The notes beneath the pieces are model-generated. The model was not told where the DNA came from. It saw only the letters and a list, made by a program, of their open reading frames with translations, and ran no database searches. From NCBI GenBank assembly GCA_039815185.1, contig JBCBZT010000032.1:32290-96289 (forward strand): 64,000 bases of DNA, given 5' to 3'. Shown in pieces: positions 55,355 through 64,000 of this stretch. Both the position numbers and the translations under genes were made by a program. Origin of the DNA: Cyanobacteria bacterium P01_A01_bin.123. GTDB taxonomy: Bacteria > Cyanobacteriota > Cyanobacteriia > Phormidesmidales > Phormidesmidaceae. Position 1 is the first letter of the stretch, and every line of letters begins with the position of its first letter.

Positions 55355-56596
55355 ATGTTTCATCGTCTAATTGAAGCACTAAAAATTAGCTTAATAGCTT
55401 TGCTGCTAACACTCTGCTTAGGTACAAATTTCGCCTATGCGCGTGGTGGCTGTTTTAGTGGCGATACGAATATTTTGACGCCGACAGGTTATAAACCTAT
55501 TGAGCAATTGCATAAAGGCGATCGCATCATTGGCTTTAATCTAGCTACTCATCAACCTGAAGAAGAAGAAATCGGTGATATTCAAGTTGTCAACGCGCCT
55601 GATTACTTTTTAATTAATAACAGCATTAAAGTAACGGGCACCCATCCCTTCTATATAAAGAAAGGAAAAGAGTTAACCCTTTTGCAAGTACAAGCATTGA
55701 GTTCTGGCGATCAATTGTTGAAAGCCGATAATACTCCAACGACTATTTCTAGTGTGATTCATGTCAATCACCCCCTTAAGGTTTATAACCTTTTATCAAT
55801 CACGCCAGATCACAATTTCTACGCCGAGGGCATTTTGGTGCACAACAAAGGCGGTGGTGGCGGTGGTGGGGGTGGCGGGAGTACTGGTGCAGGGGGTTAT
55901 GGTGGGGGAGGGGTAACAATCATTAGCAAAAAGACGCTACCCGGACTGATACTATCTTTGGCAATACTGGTTATTTTGCTCACACCCTTCTCATTTCTCC
56001 GCGAGATTTATAATTTAATTCGGTTTCGAAACAAGGAATTCACGAGCGATTCAGAATTGCTTAAATTCACCAAAACGATAAATCCAAAATTTACTAATCA
56101 ATATTCTGCTCGGTACTTTAATGATGAAGAGTTTTGGGTATTGACTCCCACTGCATCAGAGCTAGACACCTGCGAATATGAGGAGATTGTTAGTCGGTCT
56201 GATCTGGTTGATCAGATCTCTTGTCTGTTTGTTCGTTATCAAGAAGACTGGAGCCGAAAGGATTTTGATAGCGTGAAAGCATACGTTACTAAATCCTTTT
56301 ATAAGATACAGTATGACAGATCCTTAAAAGATTTTGGTGATAACTTTGATATCACGTACGAGCCAGAGCTATTCGAGATTGTCCCATTGAGCTATACGCA
56401 ATTGCAGGATAACTGTTTATTTAAAGTCCAAATCAATGCAAAGATGGTGAACTTTGAGATTTCGTCTAAGGGATTTGTGCTGAGTGGCGAACCCTATCCC
56501 CGATCGTTTACAGAATATTGGGATATAGCCGTAGACAATACTAAAAAGTGCCTGCTAGCAGGGATTGAGCAAGTGAGTATCGCTTTAGTTCAGTAG
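55355..56596 (+). CDS. Signal peptide + Hint (intein-like) domain + poly-Gly + TM + Tim44-like domain
   Basis: AYA|RGG-CFSGDT (block A), VTGTHPF (block B), VYNL..NFYAEGILVHN (blocks F/G), then KGGGG, TM and QEDWS..D...FTEYW. Confidence 0.8.
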   Translation: MFHRLIEALKISLIALLLTLCLGTNFAYARGGCFSGDTNILTPTGYKPIEQLHKGDRIIGFNLATHQPEEEEIGDIQVVNAPDYFLINNSIKVTGTHPFYIKKGKELTLLQVQALSSGDQLLKADNTPTTISSVIHVNHPLKVYNLLSITPDHNFYAEGILVHNKGGGGGGGGGGSTGAGGYGGGGVTIISKKTLPGLILSLAILVILLTPFSFLREIYNLIRFRNKEFTSDSELLKFTKTINPKFTNQYSARYFNDEEFWVLTPTASELDTCEYEEIVSRSDLVDQISCLFVRYQEDWSRKDFDSVKAYVTKSFYKIQYDRSLKDFGDNFDITYEPELFEIVPLSYTQLQDNCLFKVQINAKMVNFEISSKGFVLSGEPYPRSFTEYWDIAVDNTKKCLLAGIEQVSIALVQ

Positions 56597-56765
56597 ATAG
56601 ATTCCATTCAGTGTGAATGTAGAAATGCAGGAAACTGTCCCGATGTACTGTATGAATGGAGTGTCTGAGCAGATGGCAAGATTCACAGAATGAGATCGCG
56701 CTTGGGCAAGTTCCGCAACTTTTCTTTACAATACGGGTGTTGGCGTTCATTTCTAACTTCTATTC

Positions 56766-57425
56766 ATGTTGAAACCTGCCCAGCGTCAAAAACTGGACGA
56801 TACCAGTGACACCCTGTTTTACAGCGCGCCTCGGTTTGTTACCCATGTGGATCAAGGGTTCATTGATCATTTGAGCGATCTCTATCGCGATCGCTTGAGG
56901 CCCCAAACTCACATTTTTGACATGATGAGCAGTTGGGTGTCACACCTGCCTGAAGAGGTTGAGTTTGCTTTGGTTCAGGGACACGGTATGAATGCTGAGG
57001 AGTTGGCGAAAAACCCCCGTCTAGATCGTTACTTTGTGCAAAGTTTCAACGACAATCAAACCTTTCCCTTAGCGGATGACAGTTTTGACGCCGTGCTGAA
57101 TACGGTTTCGGTTCAGTACCTACAATATCCAGAAGCTATTTTTGCTGAAATTTATCGGGTGCTCAAACCGGGCGGTATTGCCATTATTAGCTTTTCAAAC
57201 CGGATGTTTTATCAAAAAGCGATCGCGGCCTGGCGTGATAATTCAGAAGCGGGTCGGGTTGAACTGGTGAAGCGCTACTTTCAATCTGTCTCTGGATTTT
57301 CTACCCCTGAAGTGGTCACCCACCCCGCACCAATCCCCAGCTTTTTGCAGATGCTAGGCATGCCTGGTGGCGACCCATTTTATGCGGCCATTGCAGAGAA
57401 AGTGCTGCCCCTTTGTGGCGAATAG
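56766..57425 (+). CDS. Class I SAM-dependent methyltransferase (type 11-like)
   Basis: FY..PRFVTHVD, DMMSSWVSHLP, GMNAEEL..NPRL, SFSNRMF. Confidence 0.88.
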   Translation: MLKPAQRQKLDDTSDTLFYSAPRFVTHVDQGFIDHLSDLYRDRLRPQTHIFDMMSSWVSHLPEEVEFALVQGHGMNAEELAKNPRLDRYFVQSFNDNQTFPLADDSFDAVLNTVSVQYLQYPEAIFAEIYRVLKPGGIAIISFSNRMFYQKAIAAWRDNSEAGRVELVKRYFQSVSGFSTPEVVTHPAPIPSFLQMLGMPGGDPFYAAIAEKVLPLCGE

Positions 57426-57432
57426 ACCGTAT

Positions 57433-58503
57433 CTAGTCGTGGATAGATCCATCTGGCATCTTTGCCCCACGCAGGTATGCCCCATCGAGTTGGGCTTCTT
57501 CTAAGTTGGTTTTGGTGAGATCTGCATGGCTCAAATTGGCCCCGGTCAGATTGGCTTCCCGGAGATTCGCCATCGCCAGGTTGGCCCGACTCAAATCTGC
57601 TCCGGCGAGGTTGGCCTGGTTGAGCATGGCTTCTCGCAAATCTGCCTCTTTCAATCTGGCCTTAGTCAAGTTGGCTTGGTAAAAGTTGGTGCCAATCAAG
57701 TTGGCTCCAATCAGGATCGCGTGAGATAGATTAGCTGCTGTCAAGTTAGCCATGCACAGGTTGGCAATACTCAGGTTCGCCATCGAAAGGTTGGCCGAGT
57801 GGAGTGTGGCCCCAACGAGGTTAGCCAAGCAGAGCACCGCCATACTGAAATTCGCTTTTCGGGCAGTGGCTTCTTGAAAGTTGGCCTGACTAAAGTTGGC
57901 CTCTCGCAGATCGGCCTGAAACAAATCGGTTTGCTTAAAGTTGGCCTTTTGGCATTGGGCAGTGTACAGCGTAATGCTGGCAAGATTGGCTTGGGCTAAG
58001 TTGCTGCGCCCAAAGTTAGCTAAACAGCAGTCAGCCCCACTCAAATTAGCATGGCTCAGATTCGTATCTCGCAGGCTCGCTTCGCGTAAATTGGCTAGAC
58101 TCAGATCTGCTATGGACAAGGTCGCCACATCTAAATTCGCCCGATAGAGATTGGCGCCTTCTAAGGTCGCTTCTCGCAGGTCTGAGCCCAGCAAGTTAGC
58201 TTCACTCAGGTTCACCTGACTTAGATCAGCCGTGTAGAAAATGGCTTCCCTGAGGTCTGCTCCGCTCAGGTCTGATCCTTTTAGCGTGACCATGCAGCAG
58301 TCAGCATGGCTGAGGTTGATTTTACGTAGGTCTACTTGGGCTAATAGCGCTTCGCGCAAGTCAAGATCACGAGACTGATGGGCTGATTCAGACTTTGACC
58401 AGACGGCAGGAGAATTAAAGACAGCAGCTTGGGCTTGTTCTCGCCATCGATTCCAAACCGGAACGCCCTGGGCTAGTAGGGTGAGATGTTGCTGTTTTGA
58501 CAT
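57433..58503 (-). CDS. Pentapeptide-repeat protein
   Basis: QGV.VWNRWR N-terminus and extensive A(N/D)LxX repeats. Confidence 0.93.
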   Translation of the reverse strand: MSKQQHLTLLAQGVPVWNRWREQAQAAVFNSPAVWSKSESAHQSRDLDLREALLAQVDLRKINLSHADCCMVTLKGSDLSGADLREAIFYTADLSQVNLSEANLLGSDLREATLEGANLYRANLDVATLSIADLSLANLREASLRDTNLSHANLSGADCCLANFGRSNLAQANLASITLYTAQCQKANFKQTDLFQADLREANFSQANFQEATARKANFSMAVLCLANLVGATLHSANLSMANLSIANLCMANLTAANLSHAILIGANLIGTNFYQANLTKARLKEADLREAMLNQANLAGADLSRANLAMANLREANLTGANLSHADLTKTNLEEAQLDGAYLRGAKMPDGSIHD

Positions 58504-58748
58504 GGGTAAACTCCCTGGGATGTCTGGAAAACATCGAGACTGAATTTTATAGTCCTAGCATACCCAGGGTAAGGGGAATTGCGGTGCTCATTGATGTGAA
58601 GCTTCGGAGAAAGATTTTTGTGCGCTAAGTATTGATACTGAGCTGATAAAGTTCGATTTATATCCCAGCATTGGCTTAGGGATTGATACTGAGGGGGCCA
58701 CCGTTAGATAATCCGTAATCTTCCTGAGATGGGGGCAGCCTATCCCCG

Positions 58749-59777
58749 TCATAAATTTTCAAGTTCTAGATGATCAAAGGTGCGATCGCGAAGAATATCC
58801 CAAGCCGACTTTTGTTGCGCTTTGGCCGCTTCTTGAAATTTGTACCAATGGCTGGTGAGGTAATTATCCTTCCAGGTGTACTCATCTTTACGGGGATCAA
58901 GCTTGGAGAGGATTGTGTGGTCGTCTGAAATCCCTCGAACGGTGTGGGTTATGGCTTGGTCAAACCAATAATCGGCATTAAATAAAGCCAGGGAAATTCC
59001 CCCATAGGTGGCCTGTTGACCCAGGGCAAGATAGCGCTGGAGGCGATCGCTCCGATATTGATTCTTGGGATCTTCAATCCCAATGGCCTGATCTAGATCA
59101 CGTCTTAAGTTTTGGACATCTTGGCTGACTTGGGGCTGGGGGCAATTGGCATCTACACAACGGCGAAGTTTGCGAAAGAGATGTTCTGCGGCGTCTAAAA
59201 AACGGACTCGGTTGTTGACACGGGCATTGGAGGCGACCAAACGACAATCTGTCCACACAAGGGCAGGCTGGTCAGGTTTATGTTTAGCATCAGCGTGACC
59301 AATGTTGGGTAGGGCTGAACTGAGGACGCCCTTCATGGCGTTGAAAGTATCGTAATACCCGACAAAATTTTGGTGGGCCCAGGTATCGACGTAGCTGTGG
59401 GCGGCGATACCAATGCGATAGAGATTGCCGCTTGATAGGGCAGCATCAAAGATCAGATTGGCATTTTCGCTATTGGGGGTCGTGTTGAGGCGGTGCAGTT
59501 TGCCGTCTTTGCGACGGGCTGTAGTAGAGAGTGGATCGCCAGGGATAAAGTGAAAGGTGGGGTAAATCCGCATCAACTCACTTTTGGGTTTAAGGATATT
59601 TAGGGTTTGAGTGATGTAGTTGTCGTAAGCCGTGGGTTGGCCTTTGTCGATTTGAAAAATACGATTATTTTCATCCACATATTGGGATGAGTAGGCAAGG
59701 GTTTCAGCTTCTTGGGGTGAAAATCCAGCGCGAGTGGATATTAGATAAGTGATGTAGTAGTGGAACTCAATTTCCAT
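58749..59777 (-). CDS. DUF6765-like hypothetical protein
   Basis: FHYYITY.I..RAGF...EA...AYSSQYVD, FHFIPG, GIAAHSYVDTWAHQNF, IGHAD. Confidence 0.7.
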   Translation of the reverse strand: MEIEFHYYITYLISTRAGFSPQEAETLAYSSQYVDENNRIFQIDKGQPTAYDNYITQTLNILKPKSELMRIYPTFHFIPGDPLSTTARRKDGKLHRLNTTPNSENANLIFDAALSSGNLYRIGIAAHSYVDTWAHQNFVGYYDTFNAMKGVLSSALPNIGHADAKHKPDQPALVWTDCRLVASNARVNNRVRFLDAAEHLFRKLRRCVDANCPQPQVSQDVQNLRRDLDQAIGIEDPKNQYRSDRLQRYLALGQQATYGGISLALFNADYWFDQAITHTVRGISDDHTILSKLDPRKDEYTWKDNYLTSHWYKFQEAAKAQQKSAWDILRDRTFDHLELENL

Positions 59778-60021
59778 CGGTCAGCAATGGCGCATAGGGA
59801 CTGGCGATCGCGAGGCATCCGGAGGGGGGCAATTTTGGGTCAGGCTTAACATTCCCGGTATCTTCGCCGCGATCGCGCCAAGCCCAGCATACAAAACTCG
59901 GCACAAAAATCTGAATTAGCGCGGATAACTTTACAGCGCTAGCGCAGTGTCCGTAGAACGAGGCTGGCCCCTTGCGCAGCAAGGGGCCAGGAGTCAGGTA
60001 ACCTCAAGTCAGACTGTCTGC

Positions 60022-61017
60022 CTACGCCTTCTTTAACCAGCTAAACATTGCCCGCAGATCCTTACCTACTTCTTCAATCGGGTGCTCTGCTTCCCGGCGA
60101 CGGGTAGCGTTGAATCCAGCCTTACCCGACATGTTCTCTAGCACAAATTCCTTAGCGAACTGCCCGGTTTGGATTTCCTCTAGGATTTTCTTCATCTCTT
60201 TGCGGGTGTCATCGGTGATGATCCGATAGCCGCGGGAGTAGTCGCCATATTCGGCAGTGTTAGAGATGCTGTCGCGCATCTTAGCCAAGCCCCCTTCCAC
60301 GATCAGATCCACAATCAGCTTCACTTCGTGGAGACATTCAAAGTAGGCTAGTTCGGGTTGATACCCAGCATCTACTAGGGTCTCAAACCCGGCTTTGATC
60401 AAGGCGCTGAGACCACCGCACAAAACAACCTGTTCGCCAAACAAATCGGTTTCGGTTTCTTCGCGGAACGTGGTTTCGAGGATGCCAGCACGGGTACCGC
60501 CAATGCCCTTTGCGTAAGCCATGGCGCGATCGCGGGCTTGCCCCGTCGCATCTTGCTGGATGGCAAATAGACAGGGAACGCCCTCACCCTGTTCGTAGGT
60601 GCGACGCACCAAATGCCCTGGCCCTTTAGGAGCAACCATCACCACGTCTACATCGGCGGGAGGAACGATTTGGGCAAAGTTAATGTTGAAGCCGTGGGCG
60701 AAGGACAGCACATTGCCCGCTTCTAGGTTGGGGGCGATGTCTTCGGCGTAGACCGTGCGCTGCACTTCATCGGGCAGCAAAATCATGATCCAATCGGCAA
60801 CTTTGGCCGCATCGGCTACGGGTTTAACCGTCAACCCTTCTGCCTCAGCCTTAGCAGTGGATCGGCTCCCGTCGTAGAGCCCCACCACCACATTAACCCC
60901 ACTGTCTTTGAGGTTGAGGGCGTGGGCATGCCCCTGGGAACCATAACCAATAATTGCTACGGTTTTACCCGATAACAAGTCTAAATTTGCGTCGTTGTCA
61001 TAATACATCCGAGCCAT
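60022..61017 (-). CDS. ilvC: Ketol-acid reductoisomerase
   Basis: [42 protein letters not shown]. Confidence 0.97.
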   Translation of the reverse strand: MARMYYDNDANLDLLSGKTVAIIGYGSQGHAHALNLKDSGVNVVVGLYDGSRSTAKAEAEGLTVKPVADAAKVADWIMILLPDEVQRTVYAEDIAPNLEAGNVLSFAHGFNINFAQIVPPADVDVVMVAPKGPGHLVRRTYEQGEGVPCLFAIQQDATGQARDRAMAYAKGIGGTRAGILETTFREETETDLFGEQVVLCGGLSALIKAGFETLVDAGYQPELAYFECLHEVKLIVDLIVEGGLAKMRDSISNTAEYGDYSRGYRIITDDTRKEMKKILEEIQTGQFAKEFVLENMSGKAGFNATRRREAEHPIEEVGKDLRAMFSWLKKA

Positions 61018-61237
61018 AGCGCCTCTCCTTCCAGCAAGCCTGCTCTCAAGTCACAAGTTTCTGATCATATCAAACTACAGTATCGACCCAGACACTATTA
61101 AGGTCGTCTATAGCGTTTTAGCGTTTGATCCATAGCTGGTCTGTCCTTGTAGGAACGGACAGTGATAAATCTGGGTGCGTCTTCTCCAGTATCTATGATC
61201 CAGACGGTCAAGATCTGAGTCTACTAACTTTCAGGGC

Positions 61238-61267
61238 TTGACATTTTTAGACGACTGGTCATATATT
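61238..61267 (+). promoter_or_regulatory. Promoter (TTGACA...TATATT) with operator-like ACGACTGGTCATAT
   Basis: A second copy ACGACCAGTCATAT at 62101-62114 precedes the downstream operon. Confidence 0.6.
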
Positions 61268-61273
61268 GTATTT

Positions 61274-61882
61274 ATGGCTAGACCTAGACGTAGTGAACAC
61301 ATCCGAGAAGCGCTCCTAAATCAAGGGCTCGAAATGTTTATTGATCAGGGCTACCACGGCACTGGCATCAAAGAAATTGTCGATCGGGTTAAAGTCCCAA
61401 AAGGCTCTTTCTACAACTACTTTGAAAGCAAGGAACAGTTCGGCGCTGAAGTTATTCGGCGTTATGCCAAGTGGGTCGTTGACAATATGGCGACTTGGTT
61501 GAATGGTTCTGAAGACAATGCCCTTGATGCACTCAAACAATTTTTTGAACAAGAGATGCAACGACATCAGGAGGTAAAAGCGGGTTGTCTGATTGGCAAT
61601 TTGGGTGCAGAACTCGGGGGCAGTAGTGAACTGTGTCAACAGGCCATGCTTGACGGGTTTCAAGGGATGAAACAGCAGTTTCTCCGTACCCTCAAACGGG
61701 GTCAAACCCAAGGCACCATTCCTAGCAATGTCTCCGCTGAGGCACTTGCTGATTTTCTAATCAGTGCTTACGAGGGTGCATTGCTGAGGATGCAAATTGA
61801 GGCGTCAGTAGAGCCAATACGACAGTTGAGTCAATTCTTGAATGGCTATCTATGCAGCTTGAGTGATAACGGCGCGAAATAA
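61274..61882 (+). CDS. TetR family regulator (NemR-like)
   Basis: QGYHGTGIKEI...VPKGSFYNYFESKE, GCLIGNLGAE. Confidence 0.9.
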   Translation: MARPRRSEHIREALLNQGLEMFIDQGYHGTGIKEIVDRVKVPKGSFYNYFESKEQFGAEVIRRYAKWVVDNMATWLNGSEDNALDALKQFFEQEMQRHQEVKAGCLIGNLGAELGGSSELCQQAMLDGFQGMKQQFLRTLKRGQTQGTIPSNVSAEALADFLISAYEGALLRMQIEASVEPIRQLSQFLNGYLCSLSDNGAK

Positions 61883-62136
61883 AATAGGCGTCAGAATGAT
61901 AGCGTTGGTCAGATTGCTTAATGCAACGAGTATCGCCAGGGTGCTGAGTCTATAAGCAATCTGGCACGCGGTAGCGCATAAAGCTTTGTGGCTACTGCGA
62001 TGTCTGATTTCAGATGTTGAGCTCATGAGCGCATTCCCTTGGAGTCCAAGCGGGTAGCACTATTTTCCTGACTCCCAAGTTGCAGCTAGCAAATTAAAAT
62101 ACGACCAGTCATATTTACTTAATCAAGGCACGAATC

Positions 62137-62541
62137 ATGAAAAATACCCTGTCATGGAAAATCCCCAATCATGTGTTTGAAGACGGTAGTCCCATTACCG
62201 ATTGGCAAAAAGTTGAAAGTAGTGCTTGGCAACTCCAATTTGAAAGTGGTTATGAGATGACCTTCGATATCTACAAGCATGAGGGTCAATTCTGGAAGTT
62301 GTACCAAGCCCGATGGGTGATTGAAGGCACGACTGAATACCTGTATCGCTATGGCGGCCAGGCTTGCCGCATGACGCAGGTGGCCTACAAAACAAAAGCG
62401 CGATCGCCCCATTCCGGGCTGCTCAAACAACGTGGGGATTTGGAGTGGGTCAGAGTCTACGAAGTTGACAAGCGGCTCCACACCATTATTCAAGCAGGGC
62501 AACCCGATTCAAAATACGACGGCAAAGCAATTGCGGCCTAA
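62137..62541 (+). CDS. Hypothetical protein
   Basis: 134-aa ORF with ATG start behind the operator copy. Confidence 0.6.
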   Translation: MKNTLSWKIPNHVFEDGSPITDWQKVESSAWQLQFESGYEMTFDIYKHEGQFWKLYQARWVIEGTTEYLYRYGGQACRMTQVAYKTKARSPHSGLLKQRGDLEWVRVYEVDKRLHTIIQAGQPDSKYDGKAIAA

Positions 62542-62606
62542 CGCTAAACCCCGTTCATATTCAAATTCAACGACTGTATGATGCCAAACCTTAAAGGAGC
62601 TGCGCC

Positions 62607-63218
62607 ATGACTTTATCACTCCAAAACTTCGACACCTACGCATTCTCAAAGCAACCGGACTACCACGAACCCACCGTACGCCAGGAATTTGCTAAGGCGA
62701 TTCCGCTGAGAACGATCGTGATTTATTGCTATGACTCACGGGCTGTTGGCATTCCGGCGGCGGTTGCCAGGGAATTTGGCGAAGTCTATCCCGGCGACAT
62801 CATTACGGATTCACAGGGAAACAAAGTTGCCTCAACCACAACGCTTTTTGAGGTCGTGGTTGCAGGTGGCCGTGCGATAGACGCGCTCCGGTCGATTACA
62901 GTAGCCCAACACCTCTTCGGCATTGAGAATATCGTGATTGTGCATCACACCTATTGCGGGGCGACCTCGTTCACGGCTGACGGCATTATCGATGCCTATC
63001 AGCACGAGCATGGCGCAGACATAGCTGCCCTTTATGAGCGTGCCAGCCTCTCTATCAGCGACTTTACGACGTCATTAAAGCACGACACCTACCTGGTGAG
63101 AGCGTCAAAAGGTACGCCACACCATGTCAACATCTACGGCTACGTTTACAACATCGACACAGATGAGTTGTCGCGGGTGATCGAGGACAAAGGAGCCCTT
63201 GCCAACATGGCGTCTTAA
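62607..63218 (+). CDS. Beta-class carbonic anhydrase-like protein
   Basis: CYDSR, AGGR, HHTYCG zinc ligands, GYVYNIDT; AAGGAG RBS. Confidence 0.82.
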   Translation: MTLSLQNFDTYAFSKQPDYHEPTVRQEFAKAIPLRTIVIYCYDSRAVGIPAAVAREFGEVYPGDIITDSQGNKVASTTTLFEVVVAGGRAIDALRSITVAQHLFGIENIVIVHHTYCGATSFTADGIIDAYQHEHGADIAALYERASLSISDFTTSLKHDTYLVRASKGTPHHVNIYGYVYNIDTDELSRVIEDKGALANMAS

Positions 63219-63407
63219 ACCAATGTCACAAACCGATCAAGAAATTGTTGTGATCACCGCGATCGCATTGGTGTTGACGACCCTGGTTCAATTGTCTTTC
63301 GTATTTTAAGAAGGATTAGCCGTCGGCCAACTTTCTGGATAAACCTGTCACATCCGCGATCGCTTGCCCGTCTTCTTTGATGAAGACCTTTGATAGGAAG
63401 ACTAATC

Positions 63408-63869
63408 ATGACGACAAGATTTGAATTTGGCAAAGCTGAACCCGCTGCATTGCAGGCCATGATGGGTCTGGAGCGCTACGTTCGTAAAAGCGGACTAGAC
63501 AAAACCCTCCTGGAACTGGTTAAAACCCGAGCTTCCCAAATCAACCGCTGCGCTTTCTGCATTGACATGCACACCAAAGATGCTCGATATGCAGGTGAAA
63601 CGGAACAACGCCTCTATGCCTTGAGTGCCTGGAAAGAGACACCCTTTTTTACGCCTCAGGAGCGCGCTGTGCTAGCGCTAACTGAAGCTGTCACACTGAT
63701 TAGTGAACATGACGTGCCTGATGCGGTTTACGAAAAAGTGGGTCGCTATTTCACGGTCGATCAAATCACGCAGTTGCTAATGGCGATCGTCACAATTAAT
63801 GCGTGGAATCGAATTGCGATCACAACCCGGACAGTACCCGGCAGCTACCAGGTTGAAGCAGCAGCATGA
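63408..63869 (+). CDS. Carboxymuconolactone decarboxylase / AhpD-like protein
   Basis: ELVKTRASQINRCAFCIDMH, INAWNR. Confidence 0.92.
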   Translation: MTTRFEFGKAEPAALQAMMGLERYVRKSGLDKTLLELVKTRASQINRCAFCIDMHTKDARYAGETEQRLYALSAWKETPFFTPQERAVLALTEAVTLISEHDVPDAVYEKVGRYFTVDQITQLLMAIVTINAWNRIAITTRTVPGSYQVEAAA

Positions 63870-64000
63870 GTTTCAGACAATAGCCATTTATTAAAGAAGG
63901 GTTAGGCGTTGACGTTAGCCTATGGATACTCAAGGATATATCGCGGCAAGAAACGATCTGATGAATCGGCTTGAGGCGTTTAACCAATACCGTTCACTCC

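Noticed and set aside
1..64000. Very frequent GCGATCGC, including doubled copies at ~4380 and a hairpin pair at ~24154-24194
   Set aside because: This is HIP1, the normal genome-wide cyanobacterial octamer, not a locus-specific repeat array

Overview
Chromosomal segment of a cyanobacterium, probably a filamentous Leptolyngbya/Nodosilinea-like one (inferred from very dense HIP1 GCGATCGC sites and psb28, sigF, a tocopherol methyltransferase and Nif11 and pentapeptide genes). Housekeeping genes (cellulose-synthase-like GT2, pilD, miaB, dps, psb28, ktrB, trpG, dgkA, ybeY, frameshifted prfB, sigF, rsmI, mscS, ilvC) alternate with accessory modules. These are two arsenic-type ArsR clusters, a TetR-OsmC-acyl-CoA dehydrogenase-NrtA-like cluster tied together by a repeated 18-bp palindrome, a SNF2/SWIM pair and a TetR-carbonic anhydrase-CMD unit. 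The most notable region is 28.3-34.2 kb, a convergent translation-stress/RNA-repair island. On the + strand it carries vat-like acetyltransferase, kptA and rtcB. On the - strand it carries a leader ORF, an attenuator, HNH, an alr0857-like gene, a small ORF, a boxB/boxA-like signal, an eroding tRNA array (Cys, two tRNA fragments, repeat-interrupted Leu, Lys) and NADAR. Its three upstream control regions share a TACTACA/TGTAGTA operator. A second highlight is a secreted Tim44-like membrane protein with a Hint (intein-like) domain inserted between RGG and K-polyGly (55.4-56.6 kb). No CRISPR array, rRNA or transposase was seen. All family calls come from motif recognition by eye, not database searches.
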